Shown here piece by piece: positions 1-9,251 of a DNA stretch of 64,000 bases. Numbering within the stretch: position 1 is the first letter of the stretch; each line of letters opens with the position of its first letter. The DNA comes from an uncultured Candidatus Rokubacteria bacterium. GTDB lineage: Bacteria > Methylomirabilota > Methylomirabilia > Rokubacteriales > DASRDR01. The stretch lies in contig CAVVOZ010000025.1 of the NCBI GenBank assembly GCA_963749975.1, positions 1 through 64,000 of the forward strand, given 5' to 3'. The translations under genes and the position numbers were made by a program. Under the pieces are notes generated by a model. The model saw only the letters and a list, made by a program, of their open reading frames with translations, was not told where the DNA came from and ran no database searches.

Positions 1-346
1 GCCCGCGCCGAGGGCCGCGTGGCGGTGGGGACCACCTTCGAGCTCGCGCTCACGCAGGAGCAGCAGCCGGCCACGCGACTGGGATGTTCCGGGAGCTGGT
101 CGCCGAGCACTCGCGCAGCTCCGGCGGAGCGGCGTCGATCGCGCAGCGCGGCCGCCGCGTCGACGATCCGGATCCGGGCCCGGCTGGCCACTCGGCGCTC
201 GGGGTCGCGCGACGTCGCAGCGGCACCGCACTGCACCAGCCTCGGCGTGGGCGTGGGGCTGCGGGCGTGACTGTAACCTGGGTCTAGCGCCGCCCCCGCC
301 GGCGCCGCCAGTACGGAATAGTGCACGATCCGAGAGGAGATCGGCG

Positions 347-1017
347 ATGAACCGACCGCGCGTGATGGAGATGGGCGTCGTCGTCGTCCTGGCCGGGGCC
401 CTCGTGACCGGCAGCGCCGGCGCAGTCCCCGACCCCGCCCGCCGGGAGCGCCAGCCCGCCCCGATGGGGCCCGGGATTATGCCACCATCCGATGTCCCCG
501 GTCGAATGCCCCACGGCCCGATGATGCCGAGCGGGGCCCGGCAGCCCTCCGGCCGGCGCCGACCTTACCGGGGCAGGACGCCTTCGGCGCCATCGCGGAG
601 ATCGTCGGATCCTGGATGCGGAACCGCAGACCGACTGGAGCCAAGTGGACCTCGAGCGGCTCCGTCGAGCACCTGATCGACATGAACGAGGTCGTGCTCC
701 GGGCCGCGGTGAAGACGAAGCCGGTGTCGGGCGGGCTGGTGATGGACGTGACCGGCGCCGGCCGGACGGAGCCGGCGATCGAGAGGATGGTGATCCCGCA
801 TGCGGCGGAGCTCGATCAGATGCCGGGACTCGCAGCGGAGACCGAACGGATCCGGTGGCGTGCGACTGACCGTGAGGCGCGGAACGCCGAAGACGCCAAG
901 GCCGTCGCGCGCGTGCGTGGGCTGGGGTTCATCGGCCTGCTGACGCTTGGGCGGCACCACCAGCCCCACCACCTCGCCATAGCTCGTGGCCAGGCGCTGC
1001 CCGGGCACCGCCGTTAG
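347..1017 (+). CDS. hypothetical secreted Met/Pro-rich protein (signal peptide; frame change near 560-620)
   Basis: The N-terminus MEMGVVVVLAGALVTGSAGA looks like a signal peptide and is followed by a Met/Pro-rich stretch (GIMPPSDVPGRMPHGPMMPSG). The downstream frame continues with a plausible globular sequence (…MVIPHAAELDQM…). There is a weak resemblance to DUF305 metal-binding proteins, which was not accepted. Confidence 0.3.
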
Positions 1018-1089
1018 CGCCTTGTCGTCGACGGCGAGGATGCGGAGACCCTGAACACCTCGCGGTGACGCGCGACGCGATCAGGCCAT

Positions 1090-1398
1090 CAGGCCGCCGA
1101 GGATCGGCGCCGAGGATCATCGGTCCCACCTGCGCCGCGACCAGCGCGGCCCGCCGGCTGCCGCGATGGCGCCGATCAAGGGCATGCCCGTGAGGACCGT
1201 CGCGAGGACGAAGAGCAGCGCGCCGACGACGAACGCGGGCACGAGCGCCGCGACGATGGCCGGGCGACGCCGCCCGCCTTCCGACCCCCGATCACGCCGC
1301 CCAGGAGCGGCCCGACGAAGGGAGCCAGAAGAGCAGGAGGGAGATCACCAGCATCCAGAAGGCGGCGCCGACGATGCTGTTGCGCCCGGCGTCGCTCA
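1090..1398 (-). CDS. small Gly-zipper membrane protein (frameshifted)
   Basis: Minus-strand ATG at 1398 reads MSDAGRNSIVGAAFWMLVISLLLFWLP…. With a 1-nt shift it continues as …VGPLLGGVIGG…AIVAALVPAFVVGALLFVLATVLTGMPLIGAIAAAGG. Confidence 0.3.
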
Positions 1399-2057
1399 TG
1401 GTCGCTCCCTTCGGGTTCGTGGCGGCCCGCCTTGCGGCTCGGGGGCGCCGCCTCGCGCCCGGAGCCGTGCCACCTCGGGGTGACGGAAGCAGTCGACGAC
1501 GTGATCGTTCACCAGGCCGGCGGCCTGCATGAAGGCGTAGCAGATGGTCGAGCCGACGAACGTGAAGCCGCGGTCCCGGAGGGCCCGGCTGAGCGCGTCC
1601 GACTCCGGTGTGCGCGGCGGGACGTCCCTCAGGCTCCGCCAGGTGTTCTGGCGCGGCGCTCCACCGACGAAGCCCCAGACGAAGCGGTCGAAGGTCCCGA
1701 GCTCCGGACGGAGCGCGAGGAAGGCGCGGGCGTTCTGGACCGTGCCCCGGATCTTGAGTCGGTTCCGGACGATGCCAGGGTCGGCGAGGAGCGAGCGGAC
1801 CTTGGCCGCCCCATAGCTAGCGACCTTCCGGGGGGCGAAGCGGTCGAAGGCGCGCCGGTACGCCGCGCGCTTGCGGAGGATCGTGATCCAGGCGAGGCCC
1901 GCCTGCGCGCCCTCGAGGACAGGAGCTCGAAGAGACGCCGGTCGTCGTGGAGCGGCACGCCCCACTCGCGGTCGTGATACGCGCGATAGAGGGGATCGGT
2001 CGCGCCCCAGGCGCATCGAACGCGATCGGTCGGGTCGGGCGGGGAGCGGCGTGCCAT
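1396..2057 (-). CDS. tag: DNA-3-methyladenine glycosylase I (Tag), needs one frame correction near 1900-1930
   Basis: The N-terminal part, in ORF 1629..2057, reads CAWGATDPLYRAYHDREWGVPLHDDRRLFELL. The C-terminal part, in another frame of ORF 1396..2472, reads EGAQAGLAWITILRKR…FVGSTICYAFMQAAGLVNDHVVDC. Both are canonical Tag motifs. Confidence 0.75.
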
Positions 2058-3397
2058 GGCGTGCTATTATGCAGCTACACCAATGGCTCGCGGTGGGCGG
2101 GGTAGGTCTGTCGCCGGCCGTGTCCTGGCCGGCTTCGTCCTGGGGCTCGCGCTGGTCACGGCGGCCGGGGCGGAGACGGTCTCCACACTCGAGATCGACG
2201 GCGTCATCAGCCCCGTCACGGTTCGCCTGGTCTCCACGGCGATCGAGCGGGCGCGGGCCGACGGCGCCGCGGCACTGGTGATCCTCCTCGACACCCCCGG
2301 CGGGCTCGAGCGATCGATGCGCTCGATCGTCCGTGAGATGCTGAACTCCCCGGTGCCGGTGATCGTCTACGTGGCCCCCACCGGTGCCCGCGCGGCGTCG
2401 GCCGGCGCCTTCATCACGATCGCCGCCCACGTCGCCGCCATGGCGCCGGCCACCAACATCGGCGCCGCGCATCCCGTCGCTGCCGGCGGCGGGAGCATGG
2501 ACAAGGAGTCGATGCGGAAGGTGGAGAACGACGCGGCCGCCTCATCCGGAGCGTGGCGCGCGAGCGCGGGCGCAACCAGGACTGGGCGGAGAAGGCGGTG
2601 CGCTCCAGCGTGTCGGCCACCGAGCAGGAGGCGCTCAAGCTCGGGATCATCGACCTGGTCGCCGAGAGCCTCCCCAGCCTCCTGGAGAAGGTCGACGGCC
2701 GGCAGGTGAAGACGTCCCGGGGGGCGGTCACTCTCCACACGCGCGGGGCGACGGTCCAGGCCATCGCCGTCGGGTGGCGCGACCGGTTCCTCGCGCTCAT
2801 CACCGACCCGAACATCGCCTACATCCTGCTCATGCTCGGCATGCTGGGTCTCTTCTTCGAGCTCGCGAACCCGGGTGTCATCCTTCCGGCGCCATCGGCG
2901 GCATCTCGCTCATCCTCGCGTTCTTCGCCTTCCAGAGCCTGCCGATCAACTGGGCGGGACTCCTTCTCATCCTCTTCGGGATCGTGCTCCTGATCGCCGA
3001 GATCAAGGTCGTGAGCCACGGCGTCCTCACGATCGGCGGGATCATCGCGATCCTGCTCGGCTCGATGATGCTGGTGAACACGCCGGAGCTGCCGCTCCGC
3101 GTCGCGTGGACGGTGATCATCCCGGTGGTGGCGCTGACGGCGGGCATCTTCGTGTTCGCCGTCTCGGCCGGGGTGCGGGCCCAGATGCAGCGTCCCACGA
3201 CCGGCACGGCGGGGCTGCTCCACGCGACCGGCGTGGCGAAGACGCCGCTCGACCCGGAGGGTCAGGTGCTCGTCCAGGGGGAGCTGTGGACCGCGGTGGC
3301 GGACGCCCCGGGCATTCCCGCGGGCGAGCGCGTCCGCGTCGTCGGCGTCGATGGACTCAGGCTTCGGGTGGAGCGCGCGTCCGGCCCGCCGGCCTGA
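2056..3397 (+). CDS. NfeD-family membrane-bound ClpP-class serine protease (two frame corrections, near 2540 and 2880)
   Basis: It has a signal/TM N-terminus and a ClpP-like core (VILLDTPGG…[21 protein letters not shown]). The C-terminus has TM helices followed by an OB-fold ([31 protein letters not shown]). The pieces are spread over three frames. Confidence 0.75.
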
Positions 3398-3414
3398 CGC
3401 TGCCAGGAGGACGC

Positions 3415-4194
3415 ATGGAAACCGCCTTCTACGTCGTGCCGGTCCTGATCCTCGCGCTGTTCATCCTGTCGTCGTCGGTCAAGATCCTGCGCGAGACGAG
3501 CGGGCCGTCATCTTCCGGCTGGGGCGCCTCGTCCCCAACAAGGGCCAGCGGCCCGGCGTCATCCTGCTGATCCCCTTCGTCGACAAGATGGTGAAGGTGA
3601 GCCTCCGCACGGTCACCCACGACGTGGCCGCCTCAGGACGTCATCACGCGGGACAACGTGTCGATCAAGGTCAACGCCGTAATCTTCTTCCGGGTCATGG
3701 ACCCGCGTCAGGCCGTCGTCCAGGTGGAGGACTACCTCTACGCGACGTCGCAGATCGCGCAGACGACGCTCCGGAGCGTGCTCGGGCAGGTGGAGCTGGA
3801 CGACCTCCTCGCCTCGCGCGAGCAGGTCAACCAGCGGCTGCAGCGAATCATCGACCAGCACACGGACCCCTGGGGCGTGAAGGTGACGGCCGTCGAGGTC
3901 AAGCACGTCGACCTCCCGCAGGACATGCAGCGGGCGATGTCGAAGCAGGCCGAGGCCGAGCGCGAGCGGCGGGCGAAGGTCATCAACGCGGAGGGCGAGT
4001 ACCAGGCGGCGGAGAAGCTGGCCCAGGCGGCGATGGTCCTGGCCCAGACCCCCATCGCGGTCCAGCTCCGGTTCCTCCAGACGATGCGCGAGGTCGCCTC
4101 GCGAGCGAAGCACGACGACATTCTTCCCATCCCCATCGACCTCTTCACGCCGTTCCTGAAGGGCATCGCGGGAGCGGACGCTCCGAAGCTCTGA
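3415..4194 (+). CDS. stomatin/SPFH (band-7) family protein (frame corrections near 3470 and 3630)
   Basis: An AGGAGG Shine-Dalgarno sits at 3405-3410 ahead of ATG 3415. The protein has a TM N-terminus. [15 protein letters not shown]…[20 protein letters not shown] is in a second frame, and …[39 protein letters not shown]… is in ORF 3658..4194. This is the classic NfeD-stomatin operon. Confidence 0.75.
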
Positions 4195-4271
4195 CCGCTT
4201 CATCCGGAGCGCTGGGCCCGCCAGGGCCAGAAGAGGATTCCGGCGCAGACGGAGCGATTGCGCGAGGCGAC

Positions 4272-6337
4272 GTGCCCTTGTCCGCCGCCGCGATCGCGCT
4301 CGGGGCGCTGCTCCTATTCGGGATCCAGCCGATCGTCGCCAAGCGGCTCCTGCCGTGGTTCGGCGGATCGGCGGCGGTGTGGATCACCTGCCTCGTCTTC
4401 TTCCAGACGGCGCTGCTCGCCGGTTACCTCTACGCGCACGCGCTCAACCGACGGCTCTCGGCGCGAGCGCAGTCCGCCGTCCACCTCGGCCCTGCTCCTG
4501 AGCCTGCCCGCGCTAGCCTGCTCCTCTGATGTCGAGCCCGCCCGCGCGCCTGGACGGCGCCCCGATGCTGGGCGTCCTGCGCCTCCTCGCGGTGACCATC
4601 GGCCTCCCGTACGTGCTGCTCGCCAGCACGAGCCCGCTCCTCCAGGCCTGGCTGGCGCGGCGGCCCGGCGCCGCCCTGCCGTACCGGCTCTACGCCCTGT
4701 CGAACCTTGGCTCGCTCGTGGCGCTCCTCGGCTATCCCGTCCTCGTCGAGCCGTTCGTCCCCTGGCACCGCCAGGCGCTCGGCTGGGCGGTGGCCTACGC
4801 GGACTTCGCCTGCTCTCGGCCGCGCCGCGCTGCGCGCGGCCAGGGGGACTGCGTCGATACCGTCCGCGGCGCCCACGCGGGACGATGCGGGGGAGGCCCC
4901 GCCGCACCGAGCCGGGCCGAGCGGAGTCTCTGGACCGGGCTGGCCGCCTGCGGGACCCTGCTCCTGCTGGCGGTGACGGCGCACATCACCCAGCAGATCG
5001 TGCCGGCGCCGCTCCTGTGGGTCGTCCCGCTCGGGGCGTACCTGCTGACCTTCGTGGTCTGCTTCGAGTGGCCGCGGCTCTACTGGAGGCCGCTCTGGAT
5101 CGGCCTGCTCCCGATCGCGCTCGTGGGCATCGCGTACCTGACGAGACAGGGGATCAACCAGCTCGCCGTGACGTGGCGGGTCGCCCTCTTCGTCGCCGGG
5201 CTGTTCGCCTGCTGCATGGTGTGCCATGGCGAGATCGCACGGCGCCGTCCGGGCGGGCGCCATCTCACGGCGTACTACCTCCTGATCGCGCTCGGCGGCG
5301 CGGTGGGGGGTCTGTTCGCGGGGGTGGCGGCGCCGCTCCTGTTCCGTCACCTGGTCGAGCTCCCGCTGGGCCTCATCCTGACCGGGCTGCTCGGGATGCT
5401 GGTGAGCCTCCAGGCCCTCTGGCCGAGGCTCGGGCGCCACGGGCGCCTCGTGGTGGTCGCCGTGCTCCCCTTCGCGCTCGGGCTGTACGCCACGTACGTC
5501 GTCGAAGGTGCCCGGGCCAGCACGCGAGCGTACCGGGTCGTGGTCCGGAGCTTCTACGGCCAGCTCGAGGTGCAGGACGACGGGGAGCCGGGGGACGAGA
5601 CTGCCTCGCGCACGCTCGTCCACGGCGGGATCATCCACGGCATCCAGTGGCGGGACGCCGCGCGGCGGCGATACCCGACGACCTACTACTGCGAGACGTC
5701 CGGCGTGGGCCGCGCCATCGCCCTCCTGCCGACGGATCGAGGGCGACGGGTCGGCGTCGTGGGCCTGGGAGCGGGCACCCTCGCCGTCTTCGGGCGTCCC
5801 GGCGACGTGTACCGGATCTACGAGATCAACCCGCTGGTGATCCAGCTCGCCGGGACCGAGTTCACGTACCTCCGGGAATCGGCGGCCGAGGTCGCCGTCC
5901 TGCTCGGCGACGCCCGGCGGCGGCTCGAAGAGGAGCCGCCCCAGGCGTTCGATCTCCTCGCCGTCGATGCGTTCTCGGGCGATTCCGTCCCCGCGCACCT
6001 CCTGACCCAGGAGGCGCTGGCGCTCTACGCGCGCCACCTGGCCCCAGGGGGAATTCTCGCCGTCCACGTCTCGAACCGATTCGTGGACTTCGATCCGGTC
6101 CTGGCCGCCGGAGCGCAGGCCCTCGGGCGCCCGGCGATCAACGTGCTCGGCGACCCATCCGAAGCCCGACGCTGCTACCACTCGCAGTGGATTCTCATCC
6201 CGCCGAGGGAGGGCCAGGCTCAATACTCGGCGCTCTGGCAGTTCGGCGCTCCGCTGGAGCCCAGGCCGGGATTCCGCCTGTGGACCGACGACCTCTGGAG
6301 CTTCTACCCCGTGCTTCTCGGCAAGGGTCACCGCTGA
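4272..6337 (+). CDS. membrane-fused spermidine/spermine synthase-like protein (polytopic N-terminus plus aminopropyltransferase-like C-terminus); frame change near 4500-4530
   Basis: The N-terminus, starting from GTG 4272, reads [32 protein letters not shown] 4529..6337 contains about 7 TM helices and then a SpeE-like domain ([12 protein letters not shown]…[10 protein letters not shown]…[23 protein letters not shown]…[13 protein letters not shown]). Confidence 0.7.
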
Positions 6338-6356
6338 CGCCGTTGCGGTTCGGGCG

Positions 6357-6388
6357 GCTCAGCCCGGGAGAGCGCTGGAATCGCACTC
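6357..6388 (+). repeat. partial copy of tRNA-Ala, D-arm through anticodon loop (32/32 identical to 7346..7377)
   Basis: gctcagcccgggagagcgctggaatcgcactc matches the intact tRNA exactly. The flanks do not form a tRNA. Confidence 0.65.
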
Positions 6389-6666
6389 TTTTCGCCGCGC
6401 GCCACCGACGCACCACAAATCCCTGTGCTGACAGGCGATTCGCGCACCATCCTCCAGGCGGTTGACGGCCTTGCCGAGCGGGTCATCCCCAACCTGAGAA
6501 CAGCGTCGAACCCCGAGTGTTACTGGTCGGACCTGGAGGCCTTATGGAAAACCACAACAGGGGGGCGCTGAGTCTTGCGGCCACGGTGACCGACTCCGTG
6601 GAGCAAAGCTGGCCCCGGTGACGCTCGCGCTGCGGATGGCGGCGGCGCTGGCGCTGGAGCTGTGAG

Positions 6667-6789
6667 CCGTCGAGGGTCCCGGCTACTCGTTGTCGACGGT
6701 CACCAGCCCGGCGTACTGGACTTCGCGCGCCAGGTCGTCCGGGGTCAGGACGTGCTCGATGCGCGGCGGCTCATAGGGTGGGGGGATCG
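6667..6789 (-). CDS. conserved 40-aa protein, copy 1 (MAETPSIPPPYEPPRIEHVLTPDDLAREVQYAGLVTVDNE)
   Basis: ATG has GGAGG upstream. It is homologous to the ORF at 14466..14588, with many synonymous third-position differences between copies. The upstream ~80 bp (…CCGTGATAGCCTGCCCCC…) is also conserved. Confidence 0.5.
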
Positions 6790-7336
6790 AGGGCGTCTCG
6801 GCCATGCGACGGTCCTCCGAGCGTGGGGTGGTCACGGGGGCAGGCTATCACGGTGTCGCGGCTCGGGCGAAGAGGAGAGACTGATGCGGAGCGTGTACCA
6901 GGCGAGGTCCGTCTGGTAGCTCAAGTACCGGGCGAACCACCGGCTCATCCGCGAGTCGAGCGGCTCGACGCAAGGAAGCCGACCCGAAGAGTCTCCTCAA
7001 GCGGCGCGACGGGGGGGGCCGGCCGGTGGTCCCCTGCGTCGAGAAGGTCACCTCGGCCAGTCTCGTCGACGGGCGGAAGGCGGTGTACGAGGCGAAGGGG
7101 CTCGCCTCACGCTCAGCCTCGCCCACACCGTCACGTCGGCGGCTGTCACGTGGACCGGCGCGCCGAGGTCCGAACACGTCTGCATCACGGCTCGCCAGGC
7201 GGCCAAGGCCGCCAACGCGACGATCAATCCTGAGCTCGCCGCGCTCAAGGACGCGTATGCCCTCGCGCTGGCAGCGGTGGTCGACGAATGGGCACAGTGG
7301 ACGAAATCCAGCGCGCCGTGTATCGTAACTCCGCGC

Positions 7337-7413
7337 GGGGGGTTAGCTCAGCCCGGGAGAGCGCTGGAATCGCACTCCAGAGGCCGAGGGTTCGAATCCC
7401 TTACCCTCCACCA
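7337..7413 (+). tRNA. tRNA-Ala (anticodon CGC)
   Basis: Cloverleaf read by hand: acceptor GGGGGGT/ACCCTCC with a G3:U70 Ala identity pair, U8 A9, and D-stem GCTC/GAGC. The anticodon stem CTGGA/TCCAG has loop ATCGCAC, giving anticodon CGC. The T-arm is GAGGG-TTCGAAT-CCCTT, followed by discriminator A and an encoded CCA. Confidence 0.85.
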
Positions 7414-7423
7414 CTTGTGACGC

Positions 7424-7452
7424 CGCCCCCGGGGCGGCGTTTCTTCATCGTG
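7424..7452 (+). terminator. GC-rich hairpin plus T-tract immediately 3' of the tRNA
   Basis: GACGCCGCCCCCGGGGCGGCGTTTCTTCAT. A second hairpin follows at about 7460-7495. Confidence 0.5.
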
Positions 7453-7639
7453 ACGGGCGGTTCCGGGGTGATCCTGGGGCCGCCCGTTACCGTCTGTATG
7501 GTGCCCACCGATGCCCACCGATGCCGGGGAATGTGGCAAAGACGGAGCAAAGACAACTCCGAGTACGGGCGTGGGGAGCCGGCTCCCGTAGGCCAGGCGA
7601 GCGCGCTGGGCGCTACCGGGCTAAGGCGACCGGCGGCGA

Positions 7640-7930
7640 GGCGCCGCGCGCCGTCGGGCCGACTTTTGGCCACGGCGCTCCCGGGCGCGCTGAGCGGCTG
7701 AGCACGCCTCGCTGCGGTAGACTTGCCGGCGCTTCGTGATGAACGCGCGGTCGGGAGCCCTGGCTGCTCCCCGACCATCCGGCAGCGCACGTTGCGGCAG
7801 AACCGCAGCCGGTAGCGCTCGCGCCAAAGCTCCCGGAGCGCCGTCAGGGTTTGGTGCTGGAAGCCTTCGGGCCACTTGAGCGCCCACGTGAAGAGCGTCT
7901 CGATGACGACCCCAATGACGTGGCGGAAGA
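7640..7930 (-). pseudogene. possible C-terminal remnant of a DDE transposase (IS4/IS5/IS701-like 'RWxIE..F..LK' region)
   Basis: The minus frame reads …RWAIFRHVIGVVIETLFTWALKWPEGFQHQTLTALRELWRERYRLRF…. Stops lie upstream and the fragment runs into the tRNA, so it is not intact. Confidence 0.25.
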
Positions 7931-8247
7931 TGGCCCATCTCGGCTTCGAACCGGTACGGGAAACCCGGTTCCCTGGCGGCGCGGTCTCGGGCCGCTTCTA
8001 CCGCATTCCTGTCAACCGGTTCGCGGGGGGCTGACGCGGGTCGGGACACCCCGCGTGCCGCCTCAGCGGCGACTCGTCGGGTTGCCCGGACGGGCCCACG
8101 ATGCTGCGTAGCCGTCAGAAAGATGGTCACCGAGGCAGTTCGACCAACGTCGGAGCCGGCGCGGTGGGCCACCCTCCCTCAGACAGGGGGCTCTGGCGGA
8201 TGACCGCCCCGCGTTTCACCGCCGGGTCCAGGTCTAGGCTCCAGAGG

Positions 8248-8499
8248 TCAAGACCCCATGCCCCGCTCTTGCTCGCAGAGGTAGAAGCACTCGACGTGCA
8301 GTCGCATGGGTGGCCGGCCCGCAGCGAGGGGCATCCCCTCGATCACCAGCTCGCCCTTGGCCATGACCCTATCGCAGGCGTCACAGGTTTCGCCGTGACC
8401 GGGCCTGCCCCAGACTCGGGGGATGCTCTGGCGCGGCAGCCGACCGTCCGAGAGCTTCTCACGAATGAGCTGAAGGGCTTGCGGGTGCATAGAGATCAC
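8248..8499 (-). CDS. hypothetical small Cys-containing protein (CDAC…HVECFYLC)
   Basis: 83-aa ORF with globular-looking composition. No family recognised. Confidence 0.35.
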   Translation of the reverse strand: MISMHPQALQLIREKLSDGRLPRQSIPRVWGRPGHGETCDACDRVMAKGELVIEGMPLAAGRPPMRLHVECFYLCEQERGMGS

Positions 8500-8754
8500 C
8501 TAGTCGGGTGCAGCCCGCGTGCCCGGACTCGTCCTCGGCCAGGTTCCGGCAAAGGATCATGGATTCAGCGATGCCTCCCCGCGTCCGCCAAGAAATCACC
8601 GCAGGGCGCGAGGGCAAATGCCCCTCCGCCGCAGGTCAAATGACCGAGCAACCGTCTGGCGCCGAAGGCGGGGGCTTGGTAGGGTCAGAACGGTCTCCAG
8701 CCGGGTCCCGGCGGAACCGGCACCGCTCTGGCCTCCGAGACGACGGAAGGATCC

Positions 8755-9251
8755 TATGAGGCTCGCCCGGCTCGCAGCCCCCGCCACCTTCGGCCCTGGC
8801 CTTCGTCGTCGCGCCGCTCGCTGTCGAGGCACAGACGCCGCAGCGAGTCTTCCGAATCGGGATGCTGAGTATGGCGGCCCGGCCTCCCGATATCTCAACG
8901 TACCCTCCGGGGTTCATCTCAGGACTACGAGCCCTCAGGTGGGTCGAGGGTCAGCACTACGTGCTGGAATACCGGTTTGCCGACGGAAGAGCCCGGTTGC
9001 CCGTCCTCGCTGCCGAACTAGTGGCTCTTCCCGTGGACGTGATCGTCGCTGTTTCGACTCCCACGGCGCTGGCCGCCAAGGCGGACGATCGGCGAATTCC
9101 CGAGCTATATGAACGTTGGTGGACTGCTCTACTACGGACCGAAGCCCGGGCAGGGTGTCGCGAGCACCGCGAGTCGGCAAGATTCTGCGAGGTGCCAAGC
9201 CAGCCGACCTGCCCGTCGAGCAACCCACGAAGTTCGAGCTGGTCATCAACC
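8755..9251 (+). pseudogene. ABC transporter substrate-binding protein remnant (5' part plus penultimate exon), with frameshifts and an internal deletion
   Basis: A signal peptide is followed by …RVFRIGMLS…LRALRWVEGQHYVLEYRFADGRARLPVLAAELVALPVDVIVAVSTPTALAAKA…. Then GKILRGAKPADLPVEQPTKFELVIN ends exactly at the intron 5' GTGCG. Confidence 0.55.

Noticed and set aside
347-1017. DUF305 copper-resistance-type protein assignment
   Set aside because: There is only a loose match to the MIPHHxGAIxMA motif (MVIPHAAELDQM), and the frame is disrupted. Left as hypothetical.
4258-6465. Very long Arg/Pro/Gly-rich ORFs, for example 4258-6465(+), 4430-6331(-), 25658-27898(-) and 35694-40040(-), and many similar ones
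   Set aside because: They have low-complexity RPGA composition and overlap well-supported genes in the other frame or strand. They are the expected stop-codon-poor artefacts of ~70% GC DNA.
6545-6622. 25-aa ORF MENHNRGALSLAATVTDSVEQSWPR with a GGAGG Shine-Dalgarno 4 nt upstream, between the tRNA fragment and small-ORF copy 1
   Set aside because: No second copy is seen near the other boundary and no conservation evidence is available, so it may be chance. Kept only as a note.
6667-6789. Lasso-peptide precursor interpretation of the 40-aa ORFs
   Set aside because: There is a weak Y-x-x-P leader-like motif. However, no Thr(-2)/Gly(1) core junction is present and there is no adjacent lasso cyclase or B-protein. 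So there is not enough evidence to call a RiPP.
6640-6870. Plus-strand reading of the duplicated region (ORFs 6662-6919 and 14396-14704 share 'GWGDRGRLGH')
   Set aside because: The substitutions between copies are synonymous on the minus frame and non-synonymous on the plus frame. The minus-frame ORFs also have Shine-Dalgarno sequences.
7640-7930. Functional transposase next to the tRNA
   Set aside because: Only about 50 aa resemble a DDE C-terminus. Stops interrupt it upstream and it runs into the tRNA, so at most it is a remnant.
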